The position numbers and the translations under genes were made by a program. Below, in pieces: positions 61,620-64,000 of a stretch of 64,000 bases of DNA (positions within the stretch are counted from its first letter, which is position 1; each line of letters opens with the position of its first letter). The stretch is from Zygnema circumcarinatum SAG 698-1b (taxonomy: Eukaryota; Plantae; Zygnematophyceae), in assembly GCA_037447605.1 (NCBI GenBank), contig CM074810.1, positions 1,088,880 to 1,152,879 on the forward strand, written 5' to 3'. Under the pieces are notes generated by a model. The model was not told where the DNA came from. It worked only from the letters and a program-made list of their open reading frames with translations, and ran no database searches.

Positions 61620-62909
61620 CGTGGAAGCCATGCTTCTTATCGTCCGACCGCCGGGACGTGTCTCCCAGGGTGTCTATTCTGCTTTCGGGAACAAGCAGAG
61701 GAACCATGTGACCATGTGTGATTTCCTGAGTTATTGGATATTTTTTTGTCGAGCTGGCTAGAATAATTGAATTGGCTACAGTGTCTTTATCCTGTAAATA
61801 AGTGGTATATTTAGGATCAACGGGAATAGAAAGGGCTCTGTTTACGTTTCCAAATGGAAAACGCATTGCTTGTTTATTGGCTCGAATGTGTAATTATTCT
61901 GCAGTCTTCCTTTTTACCAATGGGTTTGAACTTTCATGGGTGAAGAATGATCTGCTGCCACCCTAACTTGCAATGTACGGCTGCCTAAACGGGAATTTTA
62001 CGTTCGGATTTTATCATAATTACTCTGAAGGAAAAAAGTTCTTCACCTGTCCGACAAGCTGCATTTTACGATTGTCTCTGACTTGTAGATGTGGTCAAAT
62101 GTTCACCAGTGCGCATGGAGTATCTATCTGTTCACGAAGAGCCTCACACCAAACCATGCAATGTTTGGCTGCAAAAGCAGCAGGAGCGATGACGCTTGCA
62201 TGCCAATTCAGCACCGACAGTCAGTCGGCAATAGGAAGAAGCTTTTTGGTTGAAGCTTTCGTTTGTAAGAGGCCTTGCGCCCTTGCAAACTTCTATTAGC
62301 CGAGCGTCTTCCAATGACGACTCGCCATTTGTGCGGACTTGGAGATGGGGCAAATCGCCATTGGACCAGATGCTGGACTAAATAAAGGTTTGCAATGGAG
62401 AGAGGTCTCTACAAGACTTGGAAGAACGAGAGGTTGGAAGTTTGTAACTGCATGAAATGTAGGCACGAAATGTCTTTCAGTTTAGGGTTGTGATGGTTTT
62501 AGATTTTGTCAGCTGGATATCAAGGTAAGTAATAGAAAAAAATCCTAAACTCCTAAACAGAAATGACGGGCATTCTCTAAATTCACAGCAGCAAACTCAT
62601 CGGTCATAACAACAAATACCTGAGCCTTCACTATTGGCTGGAAAAATAAACAAAGAAGTGAATGCTTTATTTTTGAGCAAATACCTCCTAGATGGAGACA
62701 GTCAAATCCTCTATCTGTACAGATAATAGCTCGGTAAAAGTCCCGCTTCACCAAACTGAAGTAAGCAAATCCATGGCGCCGACTCTCCCTCCTATTAGAG
62801 AGAAGGAAAGAGCAAACTCTAACTATGTATATATTGCTGGAAAAAAATTACAGTCAAGAATGTAACCAGTCTTAATCAGTGGACCTACCACACATTCCTC
62901 TACTTCAAA

Positions 62910-63576
62910 TCAAAACTTTTCCACTTCCACCCCATCTCTGGGTTTTTCATAACAGGAGGCGCTTTTGCTCTTGCGTGTGCTGCACTGGAAGTAAATCTTA
63001 TCCGACATGGGCTTAAGCATAATGTCCGACACGTCGGCCCAAAAGAAACCCTGAGACTTGATGCCATCAATGCTTTCTAGCTTACCTTCGCCGATGGTGC
63101 ATGCGACGGTTGTGTTGTAGCGCAATACATGGCCATCCACGAACTTTACCTCACATACAAAGGGCAACACAACTTCCAGGGTCCCCTCCTCCGATTTGTC
63201 ATCAGGCTCGAACGTGTATCTGAGGACGTTTTTTGGAAAGATCCCCTTCGGCAAGCCAAACTTCTCCAGAATATCGGTTAACGGAGTTTGAGACCTACCT
63301 GCGGTGTTTCATGGTTGAAAAATAAGTCAATGAGTGATTAGCACACATGGAAGAAGAAGCTGCTCGGCTTGACCGTGTCAAAACGAATAGCAAGCCTCTC
63401 AAGAAACTTGTATAAACTATTTGTACTCGCAACTCTTGTCCAGAAACAAAGTGGGAAAGAGAAACGACTGAACATAGAAGGTACAATGGCAAGAGCGAAT
63501 ATAGCACAAGCAGCTGGCAGCCCACCAACGAGACCACAACGACCTTCAGAGCGCACTTACCGACAATATTGCTCAT
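62910..63576 (-). CDS. DUF538 family protein with signal peptide (2 exons: 63576-63485 and 63294-62910; 158 aa)
   Basis: MSNIVGKCALKVVVVSLVGCQLLVLYSLLPL|SQTPLTDILEKFGLPKGIFPKNVLRYTF..GTLEV..C..LRYNTTV..IGEGKLESIDGIKSQGFFW..I. Confidence 0.9.
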
Positions 63577-64000
63577 GAACCTCGAGAAAGTCCTGCCGAC
63601 CTCAGAAGCCGCATTCTGACAGCAATTGCAAAAGTTGAAGTCAGCAGTGGGAGTACGAACCCTGCAACGACTTACAGCTGTGAAAGGATCACGCGTACAA
63701 GTACGGCAAGGCTGATCTCAGTCAACAAATTCTACAAAAGAACAGAACGAAATTAAATTACGTGCGAAATTATGCAGAGATACAAGAAGAAATGATGCTG
63801 CATATGTGGCCCTCCAAACATCAGCTTCACCACCATGAATGCAATAGGCCTAAGGCCAAACTTACATCCAAGTCCCTTCCCACACTTTCTATCTGGTCGT
63901 TTGCAGACCTCTGAAATAGCCAGCTTCCAGCAGAATTGAACAAGCTGCTCATAGCGAGTCTCCTTAAAGGCCGTTTGCAGCAGCAATATCTGCCTCTTCC

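Overview
Intron-rich eukaryotic nuclear DNA, inferred to be from an early-diverging streptophyte (charophyte alga or bryophyte). The inference rests on plastid MurE, a PEC/POLLUX-like channel, DUF538 and DUF1990 genes, and a CRE retroelement. From left to right the window holds: two divergently transcribed SET-domain (Rubisco-LSMT/SETD3-like) paralogues, both with an N-terminal signal-peptide-like segment, separated by DNA-transposon MITEs and an orphan 5S rRNA-like gene; a saposin-containing acid sphingomyelinase; plastid MurE; a JMJD5/KDM8-type JmjC gene; and a DUF1990 gene cut by a scaffold gap. Next is a ~19 kb repeat block (30856-49800) with Gypsy and Copia remnants, a TSD-flanked solo LTR, a CRE non-LTR element, foldbacks and a MITE trimer, broken by several N gaps. 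The window ends with a plastid PEC/POLLUX-like RCK ion-channel gene and a DUF538 gene. The most striking signal is in the channel gene. The exon encoding the pore helix and selectivity-filter-equivalent segment is duplicated into two intact, splice-phase-identical copies (53237-53306 and 53532-53607), of which exactly one can be used in frame, plus apparent decayed copies. This suggests mutually exclusive splicing of the channel pore. Exon boundaries were read by eye and no database searches were run.
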